From contig LBYO01000005.1 in the NCBI GenBank assembly GCA_000996205.1, positions 1,728-65,727 on the forward strand: a stretch of 64,000 nt of DNA. The letters run 5' to 3'. The translations under genes and the position numbers were made by a program. The stretch's first letter is position 1, and each line of letters starts with the position of its first letter. The notes beneath the pieces are model-generated. The model did not search any database, was not told where the DNA came from, and saw only the letters and a list, made by a program, of their open reading frames with translations. This DNA comes from Parcubacteria group bacterium GW2011_GWA1_40_21 (GTDB lineage Bacteria > Patescibacteriota > Minisyncoccia > Phycocordibacterales > GWA1-40-21). Positions 18,533 through 27,655 of this stretch are shown here, in pieces.

Positions 18533-20815
18533 ATGGTCAAAGATTCAAAGAGTGGCGGCAAAGGAACAAGTTTTATTGAAAAGGTGCAAAAAAGAGATGG
18601 TTCAATCGCGCCTTTTGATCTAGGAAGAGTAACGAATGCGATCAATAAGGCTATGATTTCCGTTGGAGAAGGGTCGGAAGAAGAAGCGAAGCTCGTCGCC
18701 AACAAAGTCTTGGCCGATTTGGTGAGAATTGTCAAAAAATTCAAAAATTTCGTGCCGACCGTGGAGGGAATACAAGATACGGTGGAAAAGGAGCTCATAT
18801 TGAGCGAGTATGTGAAGACCGCCAAATCATATATTCTTTATCGCGACAAGAGATCAAAGCTTAGAGAGAAAGGAGTTCAAGTTCCGGAAAAAGTTCGCCA
18901 CCTGACGGAACAAAGCAAAAAGTATTTCAAGAGTCCTTTGGGTGAATTTGTTTATTACAGATCTTATTCAAGGTGGATTGATGAGGAGGGAAGACGCGAA
19001 ACATGGATTGAAACCGTTGACAGGTATATGAGTTTTATGAAAGAAAATCTCGGCAAGCTGGTGAAAGATTCTGAATATAAAGAAGTCCGCGAAGCAATTT
19101 TAAACCAAGAAGCGATGCCGTCAATGAGACTGCTTCAATTCGCCGGACCCGCCTCCAGAAAGACCAATGTGTGCGCTTACAATTGCTCTTTCATCGCCCC
19201 GTCAACATTCCAAGACTTCGCCGAGATTATGTATATTTCAATGTGCGGAACTGGTGTCGGTTTTTCCGTGGAAAGCCAAAATATTCAGGCTCTGCCGCAG
19301 ATCAAAACGCAAACAGGAAAGAAACTTCCGACTCATATAATCGCTGACACGAAAGAAGGCTGGGCTGACGCTCTCTATCTGGGAATAAAGACTTGGTATG
19401 AGGGCAACGACATAGAGTTTGATTATTCAGGGTTGCGTCCAGCGGGAGCGAGGCTTAAAACTATGGGAGGGAGGTCTTCCGGTCAGGAACCTCTCAAAAG
19501 ATTGCTTGATTTTTCGCGAATGAAGATACTCAAGAGGCAGGGCAGGCGGCTTACCAACTTGGACGCCCACGATATTATTTGCTGTATCGGAGATTGCGTT
19601 GTTTCCGGCGGCGTTCGCCGAAGCGCGCTTATCTCCCTCTCCGACCTTGATGACGAGGCGATGCGCGATTCCAAGAAGGGGCAGTTTTATTTGACTGAAC
19701 CGCAGAGAAGCATTGCCAACAATTCCGCCGTGTATCTTCAAAAGCCGACAAACGCCGAATTTCTGGACGAATGGGTCGCTCTTATGAAAAGCGGAGCGGG
19801 AGAAAGAGGAATATTCAACAGAGGAGGACTGGCGAAAACATTGCCGGAAAGAAGGTTGAAAGTTCTCAATGGCCAAATAGGCGATTTGGGCACGAATCCT
19901 TGCGGAGAAATCATACTTCAGTCAAAGCAATTTTGTAATTTATCTGAAATTGTCGCCAGAGCGGATGATGACGAGAAATCGCTTTTAAGAAAAATCAGAA
20001 TTGCGGCAATTTTGGGGACTTATCAATCCACTCTCACCAAATTCGGCTACTTGTCAAAAACTTGGGAAGAAAATTGCAAAAAAGAAAGACTGCTTGGGGT
20101 GTCCATAACCGGACAATGGGATTGTCCGGCAGTTAGAGATGCTAAAATTCTTCAGAAGCTTAAAAAAGAAGCTATCCGCGTCAATGAATTATACGCCAAA
20201 AGATTCAAAATCAATTCTTCAACCTGCATTACTTGCGTCAAACCTTCCGGCACATTGTCGCAGATGGTGGACTGCGCTTCCGGAATGCATACCAGACACT
20301 CGCAGTACTACATAAGAAGAGTGAGAATTTCGGCGACTGATTCTTTGTTTAAAATGCTTCGTGATCAAGGCGTTCCCTATCATCCGGAAGTGGGACAATC
20401 AAGAGATAACGCCAATACTTACATTTTTGAATTTCCGGTAAAATCACCAGAAGGATCACTTTTCAGAGATGACTTGACGGCACTGGAACAGCTTGAACAT
20501 TGGAAGCTCGTCAAAGAAAATTATACCGAACACAATCCGTCAATTACCATATCGGTGGGAGAAGAGGAATGGATTGATGTGGCCAATTGGCTCTACAGAA
20601 ATTGGGACATCATCGGCGGGCTGTCTTTCTTGCCGAGAGCCGACCATGTTTACCAAATGGCGCCTTACGAAGAAATTGATGAAAAGACCTACAACGAGGC
20701 TGTGAAAAGATTTGCTCACATTGATTTTTCCAAAATCGTCACATACGAAAAAGTTGATGAAACGGAAGTGAAGAAGGAGCTAGCCTGCGTTGCCGGAGTC
20801 TGTGAGATTGTTTAA
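18533..20815 (+). CDS. nrdJ: Class II (B12-dependent) ribonucleotide reductase with ATP cone
   Basis: VQKRDG ATP cone, YNCSF, TNPCGEI, CNLSE, VKPSGT, C-terminal CVAGVCEI. Confidence 0.92.
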   Translation: MVKDSKSGGKGTSFIEKVQKRDGSIAPFDLGRVTNAINKAMISVGEGSEEEAKLVANKVLADLVRIVKKFKNFVPTVEGIQDTVEKELILSEYVKTAKSYILYRDKRSKLREKGVQVPEKVRHLTEQSKKYFKSPLGEFVYYRSYSRWIDEEGRRETWIETVDRYMSFMKENLGKLVKDSEYKEVREAILNQEAMPSMRLLQFAGPASRKTNVCAYNCSFIAPSTFQDFAEIMYISMCGTGVGFSVESQNIQALPQIKTQTGKKLPTHIIADTKEGWADALYLGIKTWYEGNDIEFDYSGLRPAGARLKTMGGRSSGQEPLKRLLDFSRMKILKRQGRRLTNLDAHDIICCIGDCVVSGGVRRSALISLSDLDDEAMRDSKKGQFYLTEPQRSIANNSAVYLQKPTNAEFLDEWVALMKSGAGERGIFNRGGLAKTLPERRLKVLNGQIGDLGTNPCGEIILQSKQFCNLSEIVARADDDEKSLLRKIRIAAILGTYQSTLTKFGYLSKTWEENCKKERLLGVSITGQWDCPAVRDAKILQKLKKEAIRVNELYAKRFKINSSTCITCVKPSGTLSQMVDCASGMHTRHSQYYIRRVRISATDSLFKMLRDQGVPYHPEVGQSRDNANTYIFEFPVKSPEGSLFRDDLTALEQLEHWKLVKENYTEHNPSITISVGEEEWIDVANWLYRNWDIIGGLSFLPRADHVYQMAPYEEIDEKTYNEAVKRFAHIDFSKIVTYEKVDETEVKKELACVAGVCEIV

Positions 20816-20934
20816 GACCTTTCTGCTTGAATGGCGTTTCATTTTTTCTTGCATATTTTTTTTAAAAAGGTTAGTCTTATTAGAAGTTCTTTATTTATTT
20901 TCTTTATTTTTTCAGCATGGAAAGGAGAGGGAAT

Positions 20935-21108
20935 ATGTTAAAATCAGAGGTTGAATTGAGAAAGATTAAAGAAGCCAAAGAAGATGGGCGCGTGGATGCT
21001 GAAGGAAATTTTTTGATTGTAAACGAGAGAGGGATTCCGCATAATTGCAAGCCAACTTTCCTGATGAAAATCTTAGCGGCGCTCGATAAGTTTATGTATA
21101 GACAATGA
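20935..21108 (+). CDS. Small hypothetical protein
   Basis: SD AGGAGAGG before ATG 20935; terminator follows. Confidence 0.55.
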   Translation: MLKSEVELRKIKEAKEDGRVDAEGNFLIVNERGIPHNCKPTFLMKILAALDKFMYRQ

Positions 21109-21124
21109 AATAAGTAAAGGTCTC

Positions 21125-21159
21125 ATGAATCCGTCAAAATTTTGACGGATTCATTTTTT
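21125..21159 (+). terminator. Intrinsic terminator
   Basis: ATGAATCCGTCAAAA-TTTTGACGGATTCAT + T-run. Confidence 0.7.
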
Positions 21160-21321
21160 ATTAAAACACAGTAAAACAACGGAAAATAAAAATGTGTATC
21201 TTAATTCTGCTATCGCTGAATTAAGATACACATTTATTTTTTTTATTTAGTCTTTACTAGGACACCGCGCAGACGAAGAGTATTTTGCTCACACCTCCCC
21301 CATATTTCTTTCATTCCGTCT

Positions 21322-21414
21322 GTCATCCCTCGTATCAAGTACGAGGGCAGGCTCCCGCGAATGCGGGGATCCAGTTTCAGTCACTAATGGGGCGAATTTT
21401 TTCAAGGGAATGAC
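21322..21414. repeat. GTCATTCCCG-type repeat with nested CCCTCGTATCAAGTACGAGGG hairpin
   Basis: GTCAT[CCCTCGTATCAAGTACGAGGGCAGGC]TCCCGCGAATGCGGGGATCCAG...GGGAATGAC. Confidence 0.7.
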
Positions 21415-21482
21415 AGAAGGAAGCGTGAGTGGGCGCAACGAAGACATTTGCGACCTTTTTGCTTTTATTGTATATTATTTCC

Positions 21483-21916
21483 GTCTTTGCGCCGGATAGC
21501 CACTGAGTTCCGACTTGCTCGGAGCTTAGAGGAAAGTCCGAACACTCTCCCTCCCCAGTTTTAGGCTCTCGAAATTTCTATAGTCTAAAACTGGGGAGGG
21601 AAACAGGGTAGCGGGTAACGCCCGTCTGGAGCAATCCAAGAGGTGCGAACAGAGACGCCAAACATCGAAAGATGTTTGGGCGCTTCCGAAAGGAGGCGTA
21701 GTCCAGCTCCAGTTTTGAGAGATTGATTTTTCGATAATTCAAAACTGGGGCTGGGGTGCAACGGCAAAATCCTTACCCGGGTGCAAGGCCGTGTCTCCCG
21801 ATGTAATGTCGGGGGAAGTGCCGCTTGAGTCCAGCGGTAACGCTGGACCTAGATAAATGGCTATACAATTTCGCACAATGCGGAGTAGACAGAATTCGGC
21901 TTATAGGCGCAAAGGC
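21483..21916 (+). ncRNA. rnpB: RNase P RNA with two 52-nt hairpin insertions
   Basis: GAGGAAAGTCCG, GGGTAACGCCC, AACAGAGAC, AGATAAATG, ACAGAATTCGGCTTAT; P1 GTCTTTGCGCC/GGCGCAAAGGC. Confidence 0.93.
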
Positions 21917-21919
21917 ATT

Positions 21920-21960
21920 AAATCAAAACCGTTCCATACAAGTGGAGCGGTTTTGATTTT
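21920..21960 (+). terminator. rnpB terminator
   Basis: AAATCAAAACCGTTCCA..TGGAGCGGTTTTGATTTT. Confidence 0.75.
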
Positions 21961-22023
21961 CCTGTTTGAATGAGGGTTTGAATTGCCGAAAAAGACGAGA
22001 TAGCCAAAATCTCCAAGAAAACC

Positions 22024-22095
22024 AACCCCTCCCAACCCCCCCCTTTATCAGGGGGAGTTCAGTTTTCCCCCTGACAAGGGGGATTAAGGGGGTTT
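22024..22095. repeat. C-rich/G-rich REP-like double hairpin
   Basis: AACCCCTCCCAACCCCCCCTTTATCAGGGGGAG..TCCCCCTGACAAGGGGGGATTAAGGGGGTT-like inverted arrangement. Confidence 0.65.
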
Positions 22096-22205
22096 GAATT
22101 TATTTTACCCTTTTCCAACTGTCAAATTTGATAATGCGATTGCATTTGATATAATATTAACTAATAGCTAATAATTTATTACAAAGTTATTTTATAAAAA
22201 ATAAT

Positions 22206-24668
22206 ATGGAAGAAAACAAAATAGAAATAAAAATCGGCAATCCGTCCAATCAAGAAACAAAGCCTCTGAAAAAATATTATCGTTCTGAAAAAATTTCTTA
22301 CATTTCTTTGCTCGTAAGCGCTTTTTTGCTGCCATTATTTTTTATACCGTCTCAATTCACCTTACTTGAATTGAGCAAAGTTTTGATAATGGTTTTAGGT
22401 GTCCTGATTTCTTTGGTTTTTTGGAGTCTGTCTGGAATCAAAGAAGGGAAATTTGAATTTTCCTCAACCGCCCTCTTTCCAAGCGCTTTCTTTATAATCC
22501 TCATTTATTTTTTGTCGGCGATGTTTTCCGGAAGCAAGATGAATTCGCTCTTTGGGCAGGGTTTTGAGTTGGGAACTTTCGGTCTGGTTTTTATCGGGTT
22601 CGCCCTTATGTTTATGGTTTCGTCTGTTTTTAAAACAAGAGACAGAATATTTTATTCTTACATATGTTTGATAATTTCATCCCTTATCGTATTTTTATTT
22701 CAAACGGCTAGACTTTTATCAGGCGCTGATTTTCTGTCCTTGGGAGTTTTCAAAGACATTACTTCCAATATGATAGGCAAATGGAACGATCTTGGTATTT
22801 ATTTCGGCCTCGTCGCCCTTCTTTCGGTTGTCACGATTGAGCTTACCAAATTCAGCAAGATGATGAGGTTTTTTCTGTATTTTATTTCCATAGCCTCGCT
22901 ATTTTTCATAGCTTTGATCAATTTTAAGGTCGTTTGGTTTACAATCGGCTTCTTCGCTCTCATTTTCTTTATTTACTCCATTTCCTTAAAAATGAGAGGT
23001 GAAACGACCAAGTCCGAGAATTCGTCGGGAGGTTCCAAAAGGACGCCTTATTTTGTTCTCTTCTTTCTCATAATATCAACGCTATTCATTATTGACGGGT
23101 TTAGAAGCAAACATATTATCGGCGACTCAATGGCTGATTATTTCAAGGTCTCCCATATTGAAGTCAGACCGTCTTTCCGTGGGACTTCGGAAATTTTGAA
23201 AGGAAGTTTCAAGAAAAATCCAGTTTTGGGTTCAGGGCCTAACAAGTTTTTAAATGACTGGCTTCTGTTTAAATCAGACGGAATCAACAATACGATTTTT
23301 TGGAATTTTGACTTTAGTTACGGAGTCGGCATCATCCCGACTTTTATAACCACGACCGGAATATTGGGTATGATTTCCTGGATTATTTTCTTCGGATTAT
23401 TTCTTTATATCGGGTTTAAGAATATTTTTATCAAAGTCGGAAATTCATTTTCACGCTATCTGATAGTTTCCTCATTTTTAGCTAGCCTTTATTTGTGGAT
23501 AGTCAATGTGTTTTATGTTCCGAGCGCCGTCATATTTTTTCTGACCTTCTTTTTCACGGGGCTTTTTATCAGCGTTCTTGCGAGCGAGAATTTAATACCC
23601 TTGAAGAGGCTTGCTTTCTTAAGCAATTCGCGCCGAAATTTCATCTTCGTGTCCATTTTGGCGATTATAATCATATCTTCAATCACTGGAAGTTATGTTT
23701 ATTTTCAAAAATTCTTTTCCAATATTTATTTTCAAAAGTCTCTGAATTCTCTGAACGGCTCCGGCAATCTTGATGATGCCGAAAGATACGCGGTAAAGGC
23801 GGCTTCTTTTTCAAAGAGCGATTCTTATTACAGATTGTTATCCGATATTTCTCTTGCCCGATTAAATTCTTTGTCTTCGCGGAAAGATCTCACAAAAGAA
23901 GCTCTGAACAACCAGTTTCAATCAATATTTCAAAATATGATTAAAAGTTCAAAAGCGGCCATTGATTACGACGGCTTGAATTATCAAAATTATCTCACCG
24001 CCGGGCGGGTATATGAGTCGATTGTGCCAATGGAGGGAGCCTACAAAATAGCTTACGAAAATTATAATAAAGCTTTGAGTTTGAATCCGAAAAGTCCGCT
24101 TATCAATTTAACGCTTGCCAGACTTGAAACTTCCAACAAAAACAACATCAAAGCGAAAGAATACGCAATAAAATCTCTTCAATTGAAAAATAATTATACG
24201 GACGCGGTGTTTCTTCTGGCTCAGATTGAAATAGCGGAGGGCAATATAAAAGAAGCGATTAAACTCGTTGAAGCGGGTTCAATTCTGGCCTCCGATAATC
24301 CCGTCGCGTATTTCCAATTGGGCGTTCTTAAATACAGCGACAAAGAAAAAAATTATAAAGGAGCGGCAGAAGCTTTTGAAAAAGCTGTGGCCATTAGTCC
24401 TTCCTATTCCAACGCGCGCTACTTTCTCGGTCTAAGTTATTACAATTTGGGAAAAACAATTGATGCGATAAGGCAATTTGAATCGGTTCAATCGCTCAAT
24501 CCCGACAACAAAGAGGTTGAGTTTATTTTAAAGAATTTGAGAGATGGAAGAGCGCCGTTCGCGAACGCCGCGCCGCCGATTGACGATAAGCCTGAAAAAA
24601 GAAAAAATTTGCCGGTGAAGGAAGATGGGCTGAAAGAAACAAAGAAGAAAGAGGCAAAACAGAGATAA
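22206..24668 (+). CDS. Multi-pass membrane protein (O-antigen ligase-like) with C-terminal TPRs
   Basis: Many TM segments, LGSGPNKF loop, TPR motifs (YSNARYFLGLSYYNLG). Confidence 0.8.
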   Translation: MEENKIEIKIGNPSNQETKPLKKYYRSEKISYISLLVSAFLLPLFFIPSQFTLLELSKVLIMVLGVLISLVFWSLSGIKEGKFEFSSTALFPSAFFIILIYFLSAMFSGSKMNSLFGQGFELGTFGLVFIGFALMFMVSSVFKTRDRIFYSYICLIISSLIVFLFQTARLLSGADFLSLGVFKDITSNMIGKWNDLGIYFGLVALLSVVTIELTKFSKMMRFFLYFISIASLFFIALINFKVVWFTIGFFALIFFIYSISLKMRGETTKSENSSGGSKRTPYFVLFFLIISTLFIIDGFRSKHIIGDSMADYFKVSHIEVRPSFRGTSEILKGSFKKNPVLGSGPNKFLNDWLLFKSDGINNTIFWNFDFSYGVGIIPTFITTTGILGMISWIIFFGLFLYIGFKNIFIKVGNSFSRYLIVSSFLASLYLWIVNVFYVPSAVIFFLTFFFTGLFISVLASENLIPLKRLAFLSNSRRNFIFVSILAIIIISSITGSYVYFQKFFSNIYFQKSLNSLNGSGNLDDAERYAVKAASFSKSDSYYRLLSDISLARLNSLSSRKDLTKEALNNQFQSIFQNMIKSSKAAIDYDGLNYQNYLTAGRVYESIVPMEGAYKIAYENYNKALSLNPKSPLINLTLARLETSNKNNIKAKEYAIKSLQLKNNYTDAVFLLAQIEIAEGNIKEAIKLVEAGSILASDNPVAYFQLGVLKYSDKEKNYKGAAEAFEKAVAISPSYSNARYFLGLSYYNLGKTIDAIRQFESVQSLNPDNKEVEFILKNLRDGRAPFANAAPPIDDKPEKRKNLPVKEDGLKETKKKEAKQR

Positions 24669-24853
24669 CCGTGAATTATGAAACTTGTCGAGGCGCGCTG
24701 TTTTCGGGAGGTTTTGAGTCCGGTGCCAGTTTTGATCTATGGAAAATTGCACAAACAAAACTGGTGCTGGACGAAAACTTCAGGATTTTTTAAGCTTCAA
24801 AAAATATGGACATTAAAAACAGCGCGCCGAGTAAGAGTTTCGTGATTTACAAA
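24669..24853. mobile_element. Degenerate GAATTACGAAAC-family MITE with nested hairpin (24720-24770)
   Basis: CCGTGAATTATGAAAC / GTTTCGTGATTTAC ends; flanks GAGATAA/TAGATAA. Confidence 0.6.
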
Positions 24854-24886
24854 TAGATAATCAGATAATCAATTTTTCTCGCGAAG

Positions 24887-26566
24887 ATGGTAAAAACTGT
24901 ATTAAAAATTTTTCACAGGGAGATAAGCGGACTTCATGAGGCCGCTTATCTTTTGGCGTTTTTCGCGATTATGTCCCAGATTTTGGGATTAATCAGGGAC
25001 AGGCTTCTCGCGTACTCTTTCGGCGCGAGTAGTACCCTTGATATTTATTACGCGGCATTTCGGATACCTGATTTTATATTTGTCACCGTGGCTTCCATCG
25101 TTTCAATTTCCGTTCTCGTTCCATTCCTCATTGAAAAATTGGATCAAGGCGCAGTTCTCGGCAAGAAATTCATTGATAACATATTTTCTTTCTTTTTCAT
25201 TTTGATATTCGGGGTCAGTCTTTTGGCTTATTTTTTAATGCCATATCTTGTCCCGCTTATTTTTTCCGGTCTAAACGAAACGGATAAGATGTCGGAGCTT
25301 ATAACAATCGCTCGCATTTTGCTTTTGTCGCCAGTATTTTTGGGACTTTCAAATTTCTTCGCGAGCATCACTCAAGTCTATCGCCGATTTTTAATATACG
25401 GTTTAAGCCCGCTTTTTTATAATATTGGAATTATAATCGGAATTTTGTTTTTTTATCCGATATTCGGCCTGAAAGGCCTTGTTTTCGGAGTGATTCTGGG
25501 AGCCATTTTTCATTTTTCCATACAGATACCTTTTGTCCGGAAGCAAGGTCTTATTCCCAGATTTTCATTTTCTATTGATTACGCTGAAATAAGAAGAGTC
25601 GTATTTTTATCTGTCCCAAGAACGATTACTCTCGGCATACACCAAATAGGACTGATTTTTTTGATTTCTATCGCTTCCAGAATGACCGAAGGATCAATTT
25701 CCGTGTTTAATTTTTCTTTGAATTTACAGTCCGTGCCCCTTTCAATAATAGGGGTCAGTTATTCAATCGCGGCTTTTCCCACTTTATCGCGGCTTTTTTC
25801 GTCAGGACAAAGAGATAATTTCTTGCGGCAGATTATTGTTTCATCAAGACATATTATATTTTGGTCAATTCCCGTGAGCGTTTTGTTTATAGTCCTCCGC
25901 GCTCAAATAGTGAGAACTATTTTAGGTGCGGGCAAATTCAGCTGGGAAGATACCAGACTCACGGCCGCCGCGCTCGCTCTGTTTACCATATCAATAGTCG
26001 CTCAAAGTATGGTGCTCTTGTTTGTAAGAGGTTATTACGCGATGGGCAATACGAAAAAACCTCTCTTTACGGGCTTGTTTTCCGGCGCGATGATAATTTT
26101 ATTTTCCTTTATTCTCATCGCAATATTCAACAATTTTCCAATGTTCCGATATTTTATTGAGTCTCTGCTTAGGGTGGACGATATTTCAGGAACGGCGGTC
26201 TTGATGCTCCCGCTCGGATACTCCCTCGCTCTTGTCGCCAATTGCGTTCTTCTTGGAATTTATTTTCACAGAGATTTTCCCGATTTTTTCAAAGCAATCG
26301 CCAAGACATTATTCCAGAGTTTCAGCGCCTCAATCATTATGGGCTTTGCCGCTTATTTAAGCCTTAATATTTTTGATAACATCTTTAATCTCAATACGCT
26401 CATCGGCATATTTTCTCAAGGTTTGTTTTCCGGATTAGTCGGCATATTCGCGCTTATCTTGACTCTAAAACTTTTGAAGAGCAGAGAAGCGGATGAAATA
26501 TGGAAAACTATGCATAAGAAAATTTGGAAAGCCAAGCCTATCTCTCCGGATGTGCAGGAGTTGTGA
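24887..26566 (+). CDS. murJ: Lipid II flippase MurJ
   Basis: LGLIRDRLLA, DIYYAAFRIPD, PLFYNIGII, FPTLS, RGYYAMGNTKKP. Confidence 0.92.
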   Translation: MVKTVLKIFHREISGLHEAAYLLAFFAIMSQILGLIRDRLLAYSFGASSTLDIYYAAFRIPDFIFVTVASIVSISVLVPFLIEKLDQGAVLGKKFIDNIFSFFFILIFGVSLLAYFLMPYLVPLIFSGLNETDKMSELITIARILLLSPVFLGLSNFFASITQVYRRFLIYGLSPLFYNIGIIIGILFFYPIFGLKGLVFGVILGAIFHFSIQIPFVRKQGLIPRFSFSIDYAEIRRVVFLSVPRTITLGIHQIGLIFLISIASRMTEGSISVFNFSLNLQSVPLSIIGVSYSIAAFPTLSRLFSSGQRDNFLRQIIVSSRHIIFWSIPVSVLFIVLRAQIVRTILGAGKFSWEDTRLTAAALALFTISIVAQSMVLLFVRGYYAMGNTKKPLFTGLFSGAMIILFSFILIAIFNNFPMFRYFIESLLRVDDISGTAVLMLPLGYSLALVANCVLLGIYFHRDFPDFFKAIAKTLFQSFSASIIMGFAAYLSLNIFDNIFNLNTLIGIFSQGLFSGLVGIFALILTLKLLKSREADEIWKTMHKKIWKAKPISPDVQEL

Positions 26567-26582
26567 TGATTGTAAATTGATA

Positions 26583-26691
26583 CCTTGAATTACGAAATGC
26601 AAAAATTTAGGTCTGGTTGAGCAAAAACATTTAGAAGACAAAGAGGTTTTGCGACCCGAGGACCTAAATTTTTGCATTTCGTAATTCACAG
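26583..26691. mobile_element. GAATTACGAAA-family MITE, cargo type 2
   Basis: TIR TGAATTACGAAATGCAAAAATTTAGGTC; 7-bp TSD ATTGATA (26576-82, 26692-98). Confidence 0.85.
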
Positions 26692-26764
26692 ATTGATAAT
26701 AAAAAAATGGGTCAAGCATAGACACTTGACCCATTTTGCCGCAAAATCCTTTGTAGAAAAAAGG

Positions 26765-26921
26765 GTATCTGCTCACGACTCTTTTATGCCCCTTGTGTTT
26801 TTTATGTCATTCCCATGAAAGCTTGTCCTCGCCGCGATCGGGGATGGGAATCCAGATTCAATCAATGAGGACCTAGATTCCCGTCTTTACGGGAATGACA
26901 GATGGAGGCGTGAATAGATAC
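26765..26921. repeat. GTATCTGCTCACG/CGTGAATAGATAC inverted element enclosing GTCATTCCC repeat pair (26806-26899)
   Basis: Inverted ends and nested palindromes visible. Confidence 0.65.
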
Positions 26922-27059
26922 TGTACAAGTACTTGCTTTTATTTGAATACGGAGTATAATATTTAAATCGGGAGATGTTCTCAAGGGTTTAAGTTTTTCT
27001 TAGCCATATGGGAAGGGGTCGCTCTATCGATGATTTATAAGAATAAATTAAGTTAGCAT

Positions 27060-27392
27060 ATGGCAAAGAAATTGTATGTCGGAAATTTGTCTTACGGAAT
27101 GACTGATGACGGCTTGAAAGACGCTTTCTCGAAAGTGGGAGCGGTTGATTCAGCCAACATCATTACGGACAAAATGACCGGCAGATCCAGAGGTTTTGGT
27201 TTCGTCTCTATGCCGAACGATGATGAAGCGCTTAAAGCGATTGATTCAATGAACGGTTTGGATCTTGACGGACGAAAGCTTACTGTAAACGAAGCGAAGC
27301 CTATGGCAGAGAGACCTCCAAGAAGGGGAGGCTTTGACAGGGGTGGTAGCGACAGAGGTGGTAATAGAGGCGGAGACAGAATGGGCTACTAA
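27060..27392 (+). CDS. RRM RNA-binding protein with Gly/Arg tail
   Basis: KLYVGNLS (RNP2), RSRGFGFV (RNP1), LTVNEAKP. Confidence 0.95.
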   Translation: MAKKLYVGNLSYGMTDDGLKDAFSKVGAVDSANIITDKMTGRSRGFGFVSMPNDDEALKAIDSMNGLDLDGRKLTVNEAKPMAERPPRRGGFDRGGSDRGGNRGGDRMGY

Positions 27393-27420
27393 AAATAGTT
27401 TGTTCTCATAATCGCCTCAA

Positions 27421-27452
27421 ACAAAAACCCGACCTAACGGTCGGGTTTTTGT
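27421..27452 (+). terminator. Intrinsic terminator
   Basis: ACAAAAACCCGACC-TAAC-GGTCGGGTTTTTGT. Confidence 0.8.
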
Positions 27453-27493
27453 TTGGCTGATTGATAATAATTGTATTTTCAGAGTATAATGAA

Positions 27494-27604
27494 CCCCGAA
27501 TTACGAAATGCAAAAATTCAGGTCCTCGGGTTATAAAAGCTATTTGTTTTTTTAAATGTTTTTGCTCAATAGACCTATAAATTTTTGCATTTCGTAATTC
27601 GGGG
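27494..27604. mobile_element. GAATTACGAAA-family MITE, cargo type 2, inverted relative to 26583 copy
   Basis: CCCCGAATTACGAAATGCAAAAATT / AATTTTTGCATTTCGTAATTCGGGG; flanks TAATGAA/TAATAAA. Confidence 0.85.
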
Positions 27605-27655
27605 TAATAAAGTTATAAGTTTTTAATTTTTTTATACAATTTACGCAACATCACA

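Noticed and set aside
18533-20815. Intein or intron in nrdJ
   Set aside because: Continuous frame of ordinary length with no splice motifs.
21585-21767. 60-aa minus-strand ORF
   Set aside because: Lies within rnpB.
26968-27059. Riboswitch or thermometer in the RRM gene leader
   Set aside because: About 90-nt leader with possible pairing, but no recognisable motif; cannot be supported by eye.
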